NCBI RefSeq assembly: GCF_048593235.1
Contig: NC_133620.1
Coordinates: forward strand, 117,988,852 to 118,052,851
Length of the DNA: 64,000 nucleotides
Direction of reading: 5' to 3'
Source of the DNA: Sminthopsis crassicaudata
Lineage: Eukaryota
Both the position numbers and the translations under genes were made by a program. Shown here in pieces: positions 34,253-54,196 of the stretch (position 1 is the first letter of the stretch; every line of letters begins with the position of its first letter). The notes beneath the pieces are model-generated. The model worked only from the letters and a program-made list of their open reading frames with translations. It made no database searches and was not told where the DNA came from.

Positions 34253-34445
34253 CTCAGGCAGTGGATCAGGGACCAGAGGCTGGGATCCGGACGCTCACTT
34301 GGTTTGATGGCTCCCCACAGCTGTGCTCAGCAACTCCCTGACCACAGTTTCCCCCCTTCCTGCCCCGCCTCCCCCACCAGCTTCGGCCCCTTCCCCTTCC
34401 TGCAGTAAAGGCTGGGCAGCTCCCGGAAGGGCCAAATCGGACAGA
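34253..34445 (-). promoter_or_regulatory. FCER1G promoter and 5' UTR
   Basis: TATA-less. GC box GGAGGCGGGGCA (about 34361-34372) and ETS cores CAGGAAG (about 34396-34402) and CCGGAAG (about 34422-34428). Consistent with the known Sp1/GABP/Elf-1 control of mammalian FCER1G. Confidence 0.65.
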
Positions 34446-34997
34446 AAGGTTGCCTGAGTGGGGTCCATCTATGAACCTGAGACCCTGAAGACCCCAAACC
34501 CTCTAACCCCAGGAGCGAACCCTCTCAACCACAGGGAAAAGACTGGCCCCAGCTTTCTCTGTCCACTCCAGCGCAGCATCGAATTCTGTGTACCGCAGGG
34601 GGACACATGCCTTGGGCTATATATAGATGGTCCCCAAGGGTGTATCACATCCCTTCTCCCTGCATTTCCTGCACCTACCCAAGGCTTAGGGCATGGGAGT
34701 TACAAGAATGGAAATTCATGGTAGGAGGCTAAAGCAGCTCTGCAACGACAGGAGAGAAAAGGGGAACAACAGAGAAGACAGGGAAAGAAGAAGTGGAAAG
34801 AACATGTGGTAGGGGCAAGGGTGGTAACAGATCTGAGGCTGATGATGGGTAGGAAGGAGGGGTTGAAAATGCCCGAGCCCTCTCCCTGTCCTTCCTCCCT
34901 GGGATATTGGAAAAACCCATTAGTTTCATAAGCAAAATAAAGTAAAGAATAGAAGAACAGAAAGGGAAGCTGGACACAGGGACCGCAGAGCGGCTAA

Positions 34998-35003
34998 TTT
35001 ATT
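34998..35003 (-). terminator. NDUFS2 polyadenylation signal AATAAA
   Basis: TTTATT on the plus strand about 225 nt past the stop. The 3' UTR spans a gap. Confidence 0.7.
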
Positions 35004-35228
35004 GTCATTTCCTTTTTCTTAGCAGAAGCNNNNNNNNNNNNNNNNNNNNNNNNNNNNNNNNNNNNNNNNNNNNNNNNNNNNNNNNNNNNNNNNNNNNNNN
35101 NNNNNNNNNNNNNNNNNNNNNNNNNNNNNNNNNNNNNNNNNNNNNNNNNNNNNNNNNNNNNNNTCCCATTTCCCTCAGGAGATGGTAATCAGTGAGGATA
35201 TAGCAGACAGAAGTTGTTGCTCTCCTGC

Positions 35229-42382
<7,154 letters not shown>

Positions 42383-42660
42383 CTTGCTGCCGCTGCAGGC
42401 CCGTAGGAAGGAGAACCGGGCGGAAGTAGACCCTACACGTCACTCCCTTGGCTTCTCATCACGGTTGGACACTGTGTAGACGCCATCTTGAAAGTGGGCA
42501 AAAGCTTCGACGAGTGTCCGGGTACATCCGGGTTCCGGGACTTGGCTTCATTGCATGAATCCGCTACGAGCACCTTCCATTTTAACTGTGGGCAAGAATC
42601 TTGGGTCTTTGAAATACGCCCCCTGGTGTTGCAACGAGGGCGCCATCTCCGAGAGTCAAG
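42383..42660 (-). promoter_or_regulatory. NDUFS2 CpG-island core promoter
   Basis: CGGAAGT (GABP/ETS) at 42421-42427, CRE-like ACACGTCA near 42436, YY1 CGCCATCTTG at 42481-42490. The ATG sits in a CAAGATGGCGGC context. These are typical of nuclear-encoded respiratory gene promoters. Confidence 0.75.
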
Positions 42661-45600
42661 CCAATAGGGGATGGAAAAGGGAGGAGCATCTTTGGCTTAT
42701 AGGTACCATAGTACACAGTATAAACCGGGATGTTGGAGGAGCTCTCTCTGCTTCTAGGCCACAGCTGCTGGGGAGGCGCATCCCCATCCCGGACAGTTGT
42801 CAGAAGCTCCCCCCGCCCAGTCTCTCTCCATCTGGCTCCTTTCCCTGTGAGGGCCTGCTGCCCAAATGCGTCGGAGCCCTTGCACATCTGGGCCCCATTC
42901 GGGGGAGCCCTGGGCGCTCCCCATCCCCTCCCCCATCGCTGGGTCGAAGGCTGCCGGAGCCTGGGAAGCTCCCTCCCCCACCCGATTCCCAGATGTTCTG
43001 AATAGGGATGGGGGAGCCCAAATGGGGAGGGGCTGGGGGTTCCCCGCCAAATACAAATCAAAACTGGAGCGCGAGCCAAGGCCACCGGCATTGGGAAAGA
43101 AGGGGAACCTGGGGCTGAGACAGCAGCTACACCCAGCCTGGGAAAGGAGAGTGGGGGAGGGGGGATGCATCCTCTGAGTGACACCGTTCGTCCGCTCCCA
43201 CACCGCCCTTCCCAGACTGGGCCCTCTCTCGTGCTCCCGGCGGTGCCCTGCAGCCTCTGCTCCGCGGGCGGGAGATTGTCGGGAATCGAACCCTAATCCC
43301 GGTGCCAGAGAAAACGGGGAACTTCCTTCCTAACCATCGGGAGGCCACACCCGCCCCTTCCCCCTCCCGGAGCTGGGCCACCCTTTAAGTCTGGCGCTCC
43401 AGCCCCAGCCACCGTGGGAGTGGGAGAGGAGAGTTACCCAGACGGGGATCTCGGGGCCCGGCCCACCGGCAGCGCAGAACGCGTGGGGTGGGAGTGAGGA
43501 GAAACCGAGGCACTGGAGCCCGAGGGGATCTGGGGGAGGGGAGGCCTCGTGGTAGGGGGTCCCAGTACAGTCGGGGAGCTCCTTCCAGAACTGCGTGAAT
43601 GGAGGGGGTGGCCGCAGGGGAGAGGCCAGACTACTGCCTACGAACTGACCTAATAGGAAACGTTCCAAAGGGTGGGGCCAGAGCCCGTGGCTATGGGAAA
43701 TGGCCTAGGCCTGGATCTGAGCTGGGAGGGTGGCTCCTGCTGAGCCAGAGCGAGAGATGATCTTCCCGCTAAATGCACTACGAGCCCGTGTCTGGGACTC
43801 CAACACCTCCTAAAGGAAACTTTACTCTTCAGAACGGGAGGGACGGGCACGGGGAAGGGAAGAACGCGGGCAGTGGGGCGGGAAGGGACGGCAAATAAAG
43901 AGATCGCTCTGTTTCTTGTCCGCGTTGGGCTCAGGAGAGATGGGGGTTAGCATCTGCGCGCACTAGCCCGGGAGGGCGGATTGAGCTCGGGCGGGGGCAG
44001 GGATCCTAGGGGGGCTGCCCGGGACACTGAATCTTTTGTGCCATACCCAGGCTGCCACCACCCGCTCCCCCTGCCATTCTGAGGCCCTTTGTCTCCAGCT
44101 GCTTTGTCACCCCCTTTGTCCTCCTCTCATGTTAAAGGAGTGGGGGTGGGGGGCCTCTGGGGATAGCTCCTCTTGCTCCAACCCCTTTCTGCCTCAGAAC
44201 TTAGCCTTCTCTCAGCCCAGGCTCCCTCCTTCTGCTTTTACCCCAGAGTCTCCCATTCCCAACATCATCAGTTTGGTGTATCAGGCAAAGGAAGGAAACT
44301 ATGGCTCATCAATGATACAGGGTTGGGGTCCAGGAGGTGGTAGGCAAAATGGGCAGGTACTGGCGGCCTATAGGGTGGAAGGGGAAGAGGATAAAGGAAA
44401 TGGCAGGGCAGGATGTGAGGTGAGGAGCAGGAGATGACTGGGAAGAGAGAATTAGGGGTATGAATGGGAGGGAGGGAGGGGGTGTCTTGCTCCTGGGAAG
44501 GGGGAGGGATCAGTTGGCAGCTCAATCTTTCCTGGGGATTTCCTGGGGAAAGGAGTGGTCAGAGGGTGGGGGTGAGAGTAGGATTGCCCCAAGTCCAGAC
44601 TTCCAATGAGCCTGCTCTCAGGTTAGAAGTGGCCTTTTCCTAGACTTCTCCCCTCCCCCAGGCCCTCCATCCCCGTACTACCACTATTATACAAAGTTCC
44701 TGCCTTTCCCTCTGTGACAATTTCCCCATATGTACAATGGAGATATCCTCTGGAGGGTAAAAAAAAGGAGAAGCCAATAATGATTAGGAGGCCATGCGTT
44801 CCCAGGGTAAGGGTGGGAGGATGGAAACGTTAGAAGCAGAGTCTTACGGAGCTGAGGATGTATGAGAATAGATCTCTTGAGGGATGGCTGAGAAAGGCAG
44901 TGTGGAAAAAATATTGGACCCAGGGTCATGTTAGACTCCAGTTGGGTTGGAGTCCCTGCTCGGGTACTTGGCAGCTGTGTGACCTTCGATAAATGGCATC
45001 CTCTCGGGTAGCCTCAGTTTATGATCTCTGAGGTCTCTCCAATAGGCTCAAACGAATTCTGTTAGGAGACAAGCAAACCAGAGAGAGATTGGGCTTGGCT
45101 GGGGGTGTGGGATCAGAAAAAGATGAGATAGAAAGTCTCAGGAGGTTAGGACAGGGACCCATGCTTCTGGGAGAGAGCAGGAGTGGGGCCAGGAGCCCTA
45201 GGGGAATTGACTGGGAGTCAGGCCAAGAGAAGGGGGAGCCAGGAAGTAGGGGGAGGACGAGAATTGAGGAGGGGGAGCCCTGGGGGAGAACGGAGGCGGA
45301 ATGGCTGTTCCGGGTATGTATTGTGGGAAGGAGGGAAGCTAAGGAAAGGAAAGCCTGAGGGAGGGGGGGATGGTAAGGGAGAGGAGGTGGTTTCTGGCAC
45401 AGGAACCCCTGCCCAGGCCCAGGCTGGATCCTCCTTGTACAAAAGGAAAAGTCATTAACTCCTCTTGTACTGCCCTGCATCCCCAACCCCTGCTCCAGGC
45501 ATAATTATCCTACTTTCAAATTTTAAACTCCCTGGTCTGCCTAGTCCTATCCCTTCCCATTCATCCTCCCCACCATCCCAGGTGGACCATTCAGCATCCC

Positions 45601-45879
45601 TGCACTCACTTCCCTACTCTCTGGAACTTCTCGTGTGTTCCTCCCTCCAAGTATTTCTTTTGTTCTTCCTCCTTCATCCAGCCACTCATTCATCTTCCTC
45701 AGCTCTGAGACCCAGCTCCTGGGGAACAAGGGTCATCTTTAGGGAGTCCTTCATCCCCTCTAGGATTAGGAATAAGAGATTTAAATGAGCTCTTCTCTGG
45801 GTTTTGTTATTATTTTGTTCATACTCGAGTCAGGAGTAGTGTTATCCCCCAATTCCACTTTCCCCCACCCCCAGCCAGA

Positions 45880-46691
45880 GCTGTGATAAACTCCCAGAAA
45901 AGGAAAGAAACAGCTGAAGAGTTTGGAGTCAAATTTAGGAAAAGAGCTGTGTCATCAGCTGGTCAAGTGCCAGGGAATCTGACTGCTGGGGATTCCCCTC
46001 CCCCTACCCCACCCCCAATTTCCTTTGAAAACCTGGATTTTTGGAAGTAATGAGACACCCCATCTGCCTTCCCACCAAAGACCTCAAGCTCCAGCCTGAG
46101 TGGCTCTGCCAGCTCAGCCAATCCCTGCTCTTCACTGTACTTAAAGGCGCTGGCGGGGAGAGCCCGCTAAGGAGAATCCAACTGGGAGAGGGCTGGGGAG
46201 ACACCGAGAGATAGAGACAGGGAATCGAGAGACAAAGACCCAGAGAGAGCTGGAGGGAGGCAGGGAAATCCACACAGACAGAAAGTAAGGCAGAAAGTCA
46301 GAGAAAGGGAGAGAGGACAGAAAGAGCCATAGAAACAAAAGAAAGACACAGAAACAAAAGAGAGAGAGAGAGAGACAGGGAAGCCAAGGCATACAGAGAT
46401 AGGGAAGGGCAGAGGGAGAACGAAGAACAGGGGAAACCTCTGAGGAGTCAGTTCTCAGCTGAGGGGGTGTATTTGGGGAGGTGGCTCTCAGACTTGCCTC
46501 TCAACTCTTTGGGGGGAATTTCCTCTATTTCTTTGGAAGCTCCCTGGTTCCTGTGCCAATCCTGCATCCTCCTCTGGCACAGGTCAAAACCCACAGGGGA
46601 TTCCTGCTGAGAGGATCCTCCAAGAACCAGGCAAAGAGAGTAACTGGAGCCTCGAAAATCCTCACTTTCTTCTAGCTCCTGCTGCAGTGCC
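45880..46691 (+). promoter_or_regulatory. ADAMTS4 promoter and purine-rich 5' UTR
   Basis: kB-consensus GGGGATTCCC at 45988-45997, CCAAT box near 46118, TATA-like CTTAAA near 46140, GA-rich tract 46200-46380. Confidence 0.6.
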
Positions 46692-49600
46692 ATGTCCCAG
46701 GCACACACAGGTCCCAGGAGGGACTTAGGGAGAACTCAGCCCAGCCCTCTGCTTCCCACTCGATCTCAGCCATTTTCAAGGCTGCTACTTCTGATGTGTC
46801 TGCTACTAGATTTCTCCTTGTCTCTTGCCCAGCTGATGGGCCTCTCCACTCAGGAGGAGGAGATCGTGTTTCCCGAGAGACTCAATGGCAGCATCTTTCC
46901 TGGCCCCGGTTCTCAGGGGCTCCTGTTATATCGGCTGCCAGCCTTTGGGGAGACGCTGCTGTTGGAGCTGGAGCAGGACCCTGGTGTTCGGGTTGAGGGA
47001 TTGACTGTGCAGTACCTGGGCCAGGCACCTTCGATGCTAGGTGGGGCTGAAGTGGGCACATATCTGACGGGCACCATCAACGGGGATCCCGAGTCTGTGG
47101 CATCTCTGCATTGGGATGGGGGAGCCCTGCTGGGTGTCCTACAGTACCGGGGGACAGAGCTCCACCTTCAGCCCCTAGAAGAGGGTGCTCCCAACTCTGC
47201 TGGGGGGAAAGGGGCCCACATCTTACGCCGAAAGAGCCCCACCAGAGACCAAGGGCCCATGTGCAACGTTGGGGCCCCACTTGGGAGCCCAGGCCCCAGC
47301 CCTCGAAGAGCCAAGGTAGGCAGCTTCAGAGCCCCTGCTGCATCCGCTCCGCTCTGTCTGTCCCACTGACCTCCATTCATCCTTTCCCCACCCACCTCCG
47401 TCCCTGCCTGCTCCATTTTCCCCTCTCCCTTTTATTTTTTCTATTTCTACTTGCCTTTCTCTTAGGGTTCACCAGTCTTTCAGTTTGCCAACTAGGCCCT
47501 GGGTGAGGACCCTTGGTATTCTTTTCATGTCAGTCTGCTGACTTGTTTGCCTCCCCTCCAAAGCTCCCCAGACTCTTGGCTAGAAGGCGGCTGAGTCCAG
47601 CTGGTGAATTTGCAGCAGTCATGGAAACTAGGGCTGGAAAGTAACCACACCTCCCCATAACTGGCCCTCAGGGCCCTTCTCTCCAGCATGGGGGAGTCCC
47701 AAATGGACTGTCACTTTTGTCCCAGAACTTTAAGAGTTTTTTTTGCTAGTACTGAAGAGGAATCTGAGACTGGCTCTTCTGTGCAAACCCCGCTTCAGAA
47801 ACTGGAAGGACATCTATGACCTCTGTTAGGTTGTCCCCTTCTCAACCTGGTAGACACTTGGTCTGCCTTTCTTTTCTTCCTAACTACCCTTTTCCCTCTC
47901 TCCCTCCCTCCCTCCCTCCCTTCCACCCTCCCTCCCTCTTTCTCTTTCTCCTTCTAATCCAGACCAGACGCTTTCTCTAAACCCAGCCACTGCCGGATAT
48001 CTGGCCCAGCCCTGGCTGCTGACAGACTTGTTCCCCCACCACCACATAACACAGACACGTTGCAACTCAACCTTCTACTCCACTGCTTTCAGATCCTTCT
48101 CACAAACAGGGGGAGCCCCCCCCACATCTCCCCTTTCAGGCACTCTCAGCTGTTCTTTCCCCCTGAGGCCCACGTGGCAGGGGACGTGGCACCCCCTTCC
48201 CCTCCCTTCCCTAAACCGACAGCTGATGTCTCTGAGTAACTACAGGAACCCCTTGGAGTTGGCTCGAGGAAGGAAGGAAGGAGAAAATCAAGATAAGAGC
48301 AGGGACTCAGTGGGGTCAGATGGGTCCCAATCTAGTTCTTCTAACCTTCAATCCCTAGAGGAAAAGGGGTAGGAATGGGGTGAGGGGGGAGGAAGAAAAA
48401 CCGGTGTGTCAGGATTAAATCTTTCTTTGCTCTGCTTGTCTTCATAGCGCTTTGCCTCAGTAAGTCGTTTTGTGGAGACTTTGGTAGTGGCGGATGACAA
48501 GATGGCGGCATTTCATGGCGCTGGACTGAAGAGATACCTACTGACTGTTATGGCAGCCGCCGCCAAGGCTTTCCGCCACCCAAGTCTTCGTAATCCGGTC
48601 AGTCTGGTAGTAACCAGGCTGGTCGTACTGGGGCCTGGCGAGGAAGGGCCTCAGGTGGGCCCCAGTGCTGCTCAGACTCTGCGCAGCTTCTGCACCTGGC
48701 AGCAAGGACTCAACATTCCTGAGGACAGCCACCCTGACCATTTTGATACGGCCATTCTGTTTACTCGACAGGTGAGGGCTCCCCCCCACTTCTCATTTCC
48801 CCAAGCCCTCCTGTCCATTACCCAGGCCTTTTATACTCCTAAGCTTCCAGCATCCTGATACTCTAATATTTTAGACTAGCGCCCATAGTTGTGGAGCTTG
48901 GTTTCCCGGCTCCTAAGGCATCTTCTGTATTGCCCTAGGACCTATGCGGTGTCTCCACATGTGACACGCTTGGCATGGCAGATGTGGGCACTGTGTGTGA
49001 CTCAGCCAGAAGTTGTGCCATTGTGGAGGATGATGGACTCCAGTCGGCCTTCACTGCTGCTCATGAGCTAGGTAAGACACTCTAGAGATACCCCCTATGA
49101 GTAGTGCACCTTTAGGCCCTGGTTTAAGGCCTTCTTTTTCCTTTCCGTACTTGCTTACTTGATGACCTTGTCAGTTCTCATAGGTTCAGTTATCATCCAG
49201 CAGCTAAATCCCAGCTGCTCTCTTTCCTAAGCTCCACCCTAGCATCATCCACATGCCTATTGGACATTTAAACTTATTAGAGACAACTCTCCCTCTCCTC
49301 CCGAATCCATCCCTCTTTCAAATTTCCACATTACTGTTGAGAGCATCATTATTTTCCCAGTCACACCGACTTGCACACTGAATATTCTCTTCCTCACCAG
49401 CCATGTAGCCAATTAGCCACCAAATCTTGCCATTTCTTACCATCTCTCACATCCTTATGCTTGTCCCCTTCTCATCCTTCACCCAGCCACTGCCCGACCT
49501 CAGGTTCTCACTCCCCTGGAGCCTCTCACCTGGACTATATTATAATGGCCTCCCAGCCTCAGCTCTCCTTTTTTTAATCCATCTTGAACAAAGTGATTTT

Positions 49601-52600
49601 CCCAAGTTGCAGAGCTAACCATCTCACTCCTCTACTCCATAAACTCCTATTACCTCTAGGATCAAATTTAAACTCCTTTGAGGCGTGTCACACCTATTTT
49701 CCCAGGCTTTTTCCACATGGTTCTCTCCCCATGTTCTTCCCTCCAGTAATACTGACTCACTCACTTTTCTTCCTATGTGACCTCCCGTTTCCCATTTCTG
49801 CACCTTGTGCCTGGGATGCGCTCCTTCTTCCCCACTAAGTTGCCATTACCCAAACTGATGGATGCTACATTGTCAGGACGGCCACACCGGAACAGATGGG
49901 GAAAGTAGCCACATTTCTGTCTCCACAGGCCATGTCTTTAACATGCTTCATGACAACTCCAAGCCTTGCGTGAGTCTGAATGGCCCTGGGAGCTCTTCCC
50001 GTCATGTCATGGCCCCAGTGATGGCACATGTGGACCCTGAGGAACCCTGGTCCCCCTGCAGCGCCCGCTTCATCACCGATTTCCTCGACAATGGCCACGG
50101 TCAGAGCCCCACAGGGACCCTTGACCCCCATGGGCGAAAACCTGTGCCCCCCATCTCCTCTCAGCCCCTCCTGGTTAATCCCTATTTCTTGAAAGAGGCC
50201 CCTCCTTTGCAGTCTGCGGCTAGCAGAAAGCAGGGCTGTCCTGAGCTCCCGTTTGCTGGGCTTGTCCTATTCAGCGCACCCTAAGAAGCTGAACATCCCC
50301 AGTCTCCCAGCTCCCCCCCATCCTGACAACTCCTTCTTCCCTTCCTTCCCCAGGACACTGTCTCTTAGACAAGCCCTCAGCCCCTCTGCACCTGCCTGTG
50401 ACCTTCCCCGGCAGGGACTATGATGCTGACCGGCAATGCCAGCTGACTTTCGGGCCTGATTCCAGACACTGCCCCCAGCTCCCCCCGCCCTGTGCTGCCC
50501 TGTGGTGCTCTGGCCGCCTCAATGGCCACGCCATGTGCCAAACTAAGCATTCCCCGTGGGCCGATGGCACCCCCTGTGGGCCCAACCAGGCCTGCATGAG
50601 CGGCCGCTGCCTCCAGAGCGCCCAGCTGCAGGACTTCAATGTAAGAGCAGGTGTGGGAAGGGGGTGGCCTCTGAGGACAGGCGGGAGGGCTGAGGCAGAG
50701 GGAGGCGGCCTGGCTGAGCCTTGTTTTTCCAATCTCTTCGGCAGATCCCACAGGCAGGGGGCTGGGGCTCGTGGGGACCTTGGGGGGACTGTTCCCGGAC
50801 CTGTGGAGGGGGTGTCCAGTTCTCCTCCCGGGACTGCACTAGTCCTGTCCCCCGGAATGGTGGCAAATACTGTGAGGGCCGCCGGACACGTTTCCGCTCC
50901 TGCCACACCCAGGACTGCCCCACAGGCACAGGTAAGGGGTGCCCTAGGGGCCCCAGAGACTGGGGGATAGCCTCGTTCTGTGAAGAATGCCCTATAGAAT
51001 TCTGAAAGGAAAGGGGGAAGGTACAGGAGAGATGTGGGGATGAGAGAGATGAAGGGGAAAGGAAGCCCCAGGCCTGTGCCATGGGTGCTGGGGGTGCTGA
51101 TGGCAGAAACCATGGAGTCTCAAACTCTGACACGTGTGTCCCTGAAGGTTGTGGGTGATGGGGGTGAGGATGGGATCGGAAATAGTATTGGGAAGCAGAT
51201 GGAGGCCAGGGATGGGGGTAAAACTAATCATTTGTCCTGTGTCTTGGTATGCTCCAGCCCTGACCTTTCGTGAGGAGCAATGCGCTGCTTACAACCTCCG
51301 CTCTGATCTCTTCAAGAACTTCCCAGGGCCCATGGATTGGGTCCCACGATACAGCGGCGTGGCTCCCCAGGACCAGTGCAAGCTCACCTGCCAGGCCCGG
51401 GCCCTTGGCTACTACTATGTCCTGGAACCTCGGGTGAGGAAAGGGCAACAGAGAGCCTCAAGTCCCTGACCTCCTACCTCACCCTAATAAATGTTATCCT
51501 ACCCTATTTTCTGAGAGCTGAAAGGAAAAATCAGCATCTTGGGCAGGCCATCTCTTGCCAGCAATATCTATTTATAGCTGCTTGGAGAAATAAGCCACAA
51601 AGTATTGAGAACTGCTGCTCACAAACATCTATCAGGCTTTGTAGCCCCAGCCCTCAACTGAGGAACCTCATGTTTCCTTTGTTTCTTCTCTGCTCCTGGC
51701 TCTTCCAACAGCCTCCACAATATGGAGGGCTGGTCTCAGTTATCTTAGTGTTGTTGGTACCAAGTAAAGCAGAATCCCCACTAACCTTTACCCTCTTTTT
51801 ATCACTAAAATTTAATATTTATGAAGCTCTTAGAGCAGTGCCTGGCACATAGGAGGCAATATATGAATGCCAGGTATTGTTATTATCACTTTGTTGGCAT
51901 GTTGGGCTCCTTCTCTGATTGCCAAGACCTTAGAACATGTCCTTCTTGAAGTACTTCTGGGTTCCTGTTCTTTTCCCATCCTGGAGCCTCTCCTTCAGTC
52001 GCCAGGGCCCCTTTCCCTCATTCTATTCCTTTTTCTCAGGTTGTAGATGGGACCCCCTGTTCACTGGACAGCACATCAGTCTGTGTTCAGGGCCGCTGCA
52101 TCCATGCTGGCTGTGACCGGATTATTGGCTCTAAGAAAAAGTTTGACAAGTGCATGGAATGTGGCGGTGATGGCTCGGGCTGCAGCAAGCAATCTGGCTC
52201 CTTCAAGAAGTTCAGGTATAGTAAGGTGCCTTTTCTACCCTGGCCCCCGACTTCATAATAGGGAGGTGGGATGGGGCAACAGTCGAAGTGAAACCTCTGT
52301 TTTTGTTCCCTCGCTTTCCCTAACTCTCCTCTTGTATCCTTGCCCAGGTATGGATACAACGATGTGGTCACCATCCCTTCAGGCGCTACCCACATTTTAG
52401 TGCGGCAACAGGGGGATTCTGGTCCCCACAGCATTTACCTGGCGCTGAAGCTTCAAGATGGCTCCTATGCCCTCAATGGGGACTACACACTGCTCCCATC
52501 TCCAAGTGATGTGGTTCTGCCTGGAGGTGCCAGCCTCCGATACAGTGGCGCCACTGCAGCCTCAGAGACCCTAACAGGCCATGGACCGCTGTCCCAGCCC

Positions 52601-52774
52601 CTAACCTTGCAGGCCCTGGTAGTGGGCAACCCTCAGAATCCTCGCCTCCGTTACAGCTTTTTTGTACCCCGGCCTGCCCCTCCAGCCCCCCGCCCCACCC
52701 CAAAGGACTGGCTCCGACAGCGGGCACAAATCCTGGAGATTCTCCGGCGGCGCCATTGGGTGGGCAAGAAATAA
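46692..52774 (+). CDS. ADAMTS4: ADAMTS4 / aggrecanase-1, 834 aa
   Basis: Exons 46692-47315, 48448-48771, 48939-49071, 49929-50099, 50354-50640, 50745-50931, 51258-51433, 52040-52215, 52348-52774, total 2505 nt in frame. Cys switch PMCNV, furin site RRAKR|FAS, zinc motif [12 protein letters not shown], one TSR ([17 protein letters not shown]), Cys-rich and spacer domains, no C-terminal TSR. Confidence 0.98.
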
Positions 52775-53335
52775 CCTCACTCTCCCAGGGGAGCAGCCCT
52801 GGGCAGAGTGGGGGCACACAAATGACTGCAAAGAGGGGGCTCTGAGGAGCTGCCTCCTACAGGGCACAATAGGGAAGTGGTAATGAAGGCAGGACCTACC
52901 CTTTCCCCCATGTTGCAGGCTGGTCCTGCCCTGGGCTACCTGACTGAGAGAGGCAGCCTGGCTACTATGTGACTGGGGGCTAGTAAGTCCAAGATGGAAG
53001 AGAGTCCCTCAGTACCCACCTGTTCCCTCTCCGAAGCTGGTCATAGGAGCTGGGGAGTTGCAGGGTGGGCCCCAATTGTATTTATTTGATATTTATTCAT
53101 TGGTTTGTGAAGGGTTGGTACCAAGGGACAGTAGGGAGGGAGGGTAGAAATTTGTCCCTCTACCCACAACATTTGCCCTAGCCAGGGGTTCAAGTGTTAG
53201 TGGTGACAGGTATGAGAGGTATGTTTGTATGTGTGTGTCTGTGTGTCTGTGTATGTTTGTGTTTATTCCTGAACCACACCTTCTGTCTCCTAAAGGGGAT
53301 GACAGGAATATGTGGCATGAATTATCATGTTTCCT

Positions 53336-53341
53336 AATAAA
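53336..53341 (+). terminator. Candidate ADAMTS4 polyadenylation signal
   Basis: First AATAAA after the stop. AU-rich ATTTA motifs at 53080 and 53091. Further AATAAA near 53837. Confidence 0.5.
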
Positions 53342-53994
53342 TTTAACTTCATTATTTATTCACTGGGCAGCTCCTTTGGGGAGCTGAGGGCTACCACCCC
53401 TTCCTCTATTATGTCTGGAATTCATGGGGTCTAGGACTTAAGGCCGGCAAGGTCTAGGCTGTGGCCCCTTTCTTGCCCTCTTCCCCTCCCAAGGGGACTA
53501 CAAAGCCACAGAATACTAGTATTCCACCATGTTTCCCTTTAGTTACCACTACCACTAATTATTACCCCTTCCTTGCTACTCCCCAGCTCTTCCTGTGGGG
53601 AAAAGCCCTGTCCTGGATGCTGAGGATGAATCCAGAGGGAGCAGAATCTGTGTATAGATTTAAAGTAGGAAGGGACTCAACATTTGGTACAAAAACATGA
53701 TGATAAACATAGTTTATGGGAAATGCCAATTCAGTCATAAAAACTGATACCAACGATACAAAGATACACCCAGGGGTTAAAAAGAATTGACTCAGGGGAG
53801 TTGAAAGAAGGCTTCCTCAGTAATTTATAAGCATGAAATAAATAAGAAAAGCCAGCATTCAGGAGGCAGTGGAGGAATTAGAGAAGAAAGGATGAAAGAA
53901 GAGTGGGGAAATAAATTGGCCAGGACATAGTAAATTTAAGAATATATGGAGTGAAAGAAATGGGTTAGTAGTACTCAGACTATGATTCTAGGGC

Positions 53995-54196
53995 AGGGGT
54001 TCTTAACCTGGAATCTGTGAACTTATTTTGTTTTTATTTTAATATTTTGATAACTGTATTTCAATATAACTGGTTTCCTTTGTAATGGATGTATTTTATT
54101 TTGTACATTTTAAAATATTATTCTGAGAAGACCAAAGGCTTTCCCAGACTGCCAAAAAGACTCATGACACACCAAAGAGTAAGACCTGTTGTCCTC
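53995..54196. mobile_element. Old Charlie/MER-like hAT MITE; a related copy is near 56738-56965
   Basis: CAGGGGTTCTTAACCT terminus, TCTAG-like flanks, degenerate right end. Confidence 0.55.

Noticed and set aside
42555-43850. Dense cluster of 70-200 aa ORFs
   Set aside because: Stop-poor CpG-island sequence with Pro/Gly/Arg-rich translations, no recognisable domain and no coherent splice structure.
50418-51113. 231-aa antisense ORF over ADAMTS4 exons 5-6
   Set aside because: Shadow ORF of GC-rich coding sequence with no independent support.
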